47,181 nt of DNA from assembly GCA_013812905.1 (NCBI GenBank), contig JACCSP010000201.1, forward strand, positions 1 through 47,181, written 5' to 3'. Of the stretch, positions 45,096-47,181 are shown piece by piece. The stretch is from Pyrinomonadaceae bacterium. Its GTDB lineage: Bacteria > Acidobacteriota > Blastocatellia > Pyrinomonadales > Pyrinomonadaceae. Each line of letters begins with the position of its first letter. Position 1 is the first letter of the stretch. The notes beneath the pieces are model-generated. The model ran no database searches and was not told the origin of the DNA. It saw nothing but the letters and a program-made list of their open reading frames with translations. The translations under genes and the position numbers were made by a program.

Positions 45096-45932
45096 CTAGC
45101 CACTAAAATACATGCGGCCAAAATAGTAGATGACCGGCGCGTTGAAGAGCAAGCTATCGAGACGGTCGAGTAAACCGCCATGACCAGGTAGTATATTGGC
45201 CGCGTCTTTTGTACCCGCGCTCCGTTTAAGTGCGCTCTCGGTCAGGTCACCAAGAATACCGACGATTGTCATTACCGCCGCCAGCGGAAGGGCCCACTTC
45301 AACGGTAGTTCTCTAAAAAACCAGAAGTGAGCAAGTGTGGCCATAAGCAGACCCGCGAGCAATCCCCCGGCAACTCCTTCCCAGGTCTTTCCCGGGCTAA
45401 TCGACGGCGCCAGCTTGTGTTTACCGAATGCCCAGCCCACGTAGTATGCGCCCGTATCTGAACCCATAAGGACTAGAAAAAAAAAGCATAAGAGATCCGC
45501 TGAGAGAGCCTGGTTGAATCCGGTGCGCACAGCCACCAAATGGCCACCAAGCAGAACTACGTAGAGAACGCCAAGAACTGTCGCTCCGCTTGAGGCGATC
45601 ATTTTGTCAAAAGGTGCACCGCGCAAAGTGACCGCAAACAGTGTCGCCGCGGTAAACACAATCAAGATGAGCGGGATTAGCTGCATCATCAAGAAATCGG
45701 ACCTTGGGCCGGGGTCGTTGAAATAGAAGACCGTGAACAATGCGGCCGCAGCGAGATAACCGATGGCCGCGTCAGGCTTCAGGTCTCGTCGCTTCGCCAG
45801 CACATAAAACTCAAATAAGCCCGCCACCATCGCCGCAGCCGCGAGAACAACGAATAGAGGTTGCAACCAGGAAATGAGGATGGAAGCGATAAGAAAAGGC
45901 AGGACGATGACAGCGGTAATGATACGAGACAT
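45096..45932 (-). CDS. cdsA: phosphatidate cytidylyltransferase
   Basis: Polytopic membrane ORF with the CdsA signature SALKRSAGTKDAANILPGHGGLLDRLDS. ATG 45932 is used rather than the ORF-track start 45989. Confidence 0.9.
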   Translation of the reverse strand: MSRIITAVIVLPFLIASILISWLQPLFVVLAAAAMVAGLFEFYVLAKRRDLKPDAAIGYLAAAALFTVFYFNDPGPRSDFLMMQLIPLILIVFTAATLFAVTLRGAPFDKMIASSGATVLGVLYVVLLGGHLVAVRTGFNQALSADLLCFFFLVLMGSDTGAYYVGWAFGKHKLAPSISPGKTWEGVAGGLLAGLLMATLAHFWFFRELPLKWALPLAAVMTIVGILGDLTESALKRSAGTKDAANILPGHGGLLDRLDSLLFNAPVIYYFGRMYFSG

Positions 45933-46053
45933 TACAGTTTCAGATTTTTGATTGTGATTTTTGTTGAACTGCGCCGTTGAGTTTAACAAAACACGAACCC
46001 AAACTCCCCGTCTGATGATCGACCTGAATTCAATCGCAAATCAAAAACTAAAT

Positions 46054-46881
46054 TCACTTTACGTTTGCTACTAGCTTCAACCCGCCGAAGCGACGATCGC
46101 GTCCCTGATAGTCAATGATGGCTTCGAGCAAGTGAACCCGGCGAAAGTCTGGCCAGAGGGTTTCAGTCACATAGATTTCGCTGTAGGCCGCCTGCCACAG
46201 CAGAAAGTTGGAGATGCGCAGTTCACCGCTGGTACGCACCAGCAAATCCAGGTCGGGTAGATTGCGGGTGTAGAGTTCATTCGCTATGCGCTCTTCTGTC
46301 AGCTCGTCAGGCGAGTTGCCTTCATCAAGCAGACGCCGCACGGCAGCGCGGCAAGCATCGACAATCTCGGCTCGGCCGCCATAATTCAGAGCCACCGTCA
46401 ATACCATTCCTTTGTTTTTCTCAGTTCTCTCGGTAGCTTTCACAATCTCACGGCGCACAGTGTCTGCCAGCGCGCCCGTTCGGCCTATGGTCTGAAACTT
46501 GATGTTCTGTCTGTCGATCTCATCGAGCTCGAGCCGAAGATAACGTTGCAACATCCGCATCAGGGCATCAACTTCATAGCGCGGTCGTTTCCAGTTTTCA
46601 GTTGAAAAAGCGTAGAGCGTGAGAGCTCCCAAGCCGAGCCGCGCACCTGTGTCCACGGCCGCCCGAACCGCTTCGACACCGGCTCGGTGTCCGGCGATCC
46701 GCGGTTGGCCGCGCTGCGCCGCCCAGCGGCCGTTGCCATCCATTATGATTGCGACATGACGAGGCAAACGGTCCCAGGCGATTGATGCGAGCAGCAACTC
46801 ATCGCGGGTTCCAGGCTTTACGACTTCGGCAAAATCAATAAGCATAAATTCAATCAAGTGAAGGATGGCCAAGGCGGTCAC
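46054..46881 (-). CDS. uppS: isoprenyl transferase (undecaprenyl diphosphate synthase)
   Basis: HVAIIMDGNGRWA, TLYAFSTENWKRP and RTSGELRISNFLLWQ. The start is GTG 46881 or ATG 46845. Confidence 0.9.
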   Translation of the reverse strand: MTALAILHLIEFMLIDFAEVVKPGTRDELLLASIAWDRLPRHVAIIMDGNGRWAAQRGQPRIAGHRAGVEAVRAAVDTGARLGLGALTLYAFSTENWKRPRYEVDALMRMLQRYLRLELDEIDRQNIKFQTIGRTGALADTVRREIVKATERTEKNKGMVLTVALNYGGRAEIVDACRAAVRRLLDEGNSPDELTEERIANELYTRNLPDLDLLVRTSGELRISNFLLWQAAYSEIYVTETLWPDFRRVHLLEAIIDYQGRDRRFGGLKLVANVK

Positions 46882-46964
46882 ATTCTTGCTTCAACTCTAA
46901 GGCGTGTCAATAAACAGGTGCTGATGCGTCGAGCGTTAGTTTAGGTTTCATAATTTTCATAGTC

Positions 46965-47025
46965 ACACCGCTTTAGCCCGGTGTCTAAGCGGGCTCCGAC
47001 AGGCTGGAAATGTTTTAATGGTTTC
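46965..47025. repeat. Family A repeat copy
   Basis: ACACCGCTTTAGCCCGGTGTCTAAGCGGGC...GGAAATGTTTTAATGGTTTC aligns with the reverse complement of 1578-1640 (CACCGCGGCTTTAGCCCGGTGTCAGAGC...CAACCGTTTGAACAGTTT). Confidence 0.55.
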
Positions 47026-47181
47026 CTTGAAGCGTCATCCCCTAGGCTCCAATCAAGTGGGATAGAAACTGAGCGCACTAGCACCTTAGGAAGAGAGTTT
47101 CCGTTTCCACTCTTTCGATTGTGGAGCGGGTGCCTAGTTCTTCCATAGCTGTGTTTCCCAGAGCCTCCCGATGATCCCGGA

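Noticed and set aside
47026-47181. Open minus-strand frames at the right edge (for example ...SGIIGRLWETQLWKN stop near 47134, or ...MEELGTRSTIERVETETLFLRC)
   Set aside because: They are too short and the start lies outside the window. No family motif is recognisable, and one long frame merely reads through the family A repeat.

Overview
This is a 47,181-bp, moderately GC-rich (by eye), almost fully coding window with the gene content of a chromosomal core region. The gene families and short interspersed repeats suggest a soil Acidobacteriota-like bacterium, but that is inference only. Gene order: truncated CBS gene; modA; divergent sbp / single permease / cysA sulfate-type importer; serine hydrolase and Gfo/Idh/MocA oxidoreductase; ArnT-like GT39 glycosyltransferase; small Zn-ribbon ORF; membrane alpha/beta-hydrolase and mobA; S55 peptidase; rsmG; PLP decarboxylase; SDR. 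Then comes a stretched trp cluster (trpE, cyclophilin, trpG, trpD, trpC, trpF, pseudo-receiver GGDEF, S9 peptidase, trpB, no trpA). It is followed by a 1248-aa WD40-caspase protein, an addB/addA-type helicase-nuclease pair, hfq, tmk, holB, and the ispG-rseP-dxr-cdsA-uppS block. I found no rRNA, tRNA, CRISPR array, transposase, integrase or prophage genes. I do not see a clear multi-gene novel system. The best candidates for a second look are four. (1) The apparently exported WD40 double-propeller / Ig-like / caspase fusion, transcribed divergently from addBA. (2) At least five families of short modular repeats that fill nearly every longer intergenic spacer and have also been incorporated in frame into addB at two or three places. 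(3) A GGDEF cyclase with a degenerate receiver domain, plus other foreign genes, inside the trp cluster. (4) A modA / sbp / one-permease oxyanion locus. All repeat alignments were done by eye and all domain calls come from motif recognition, not searches.
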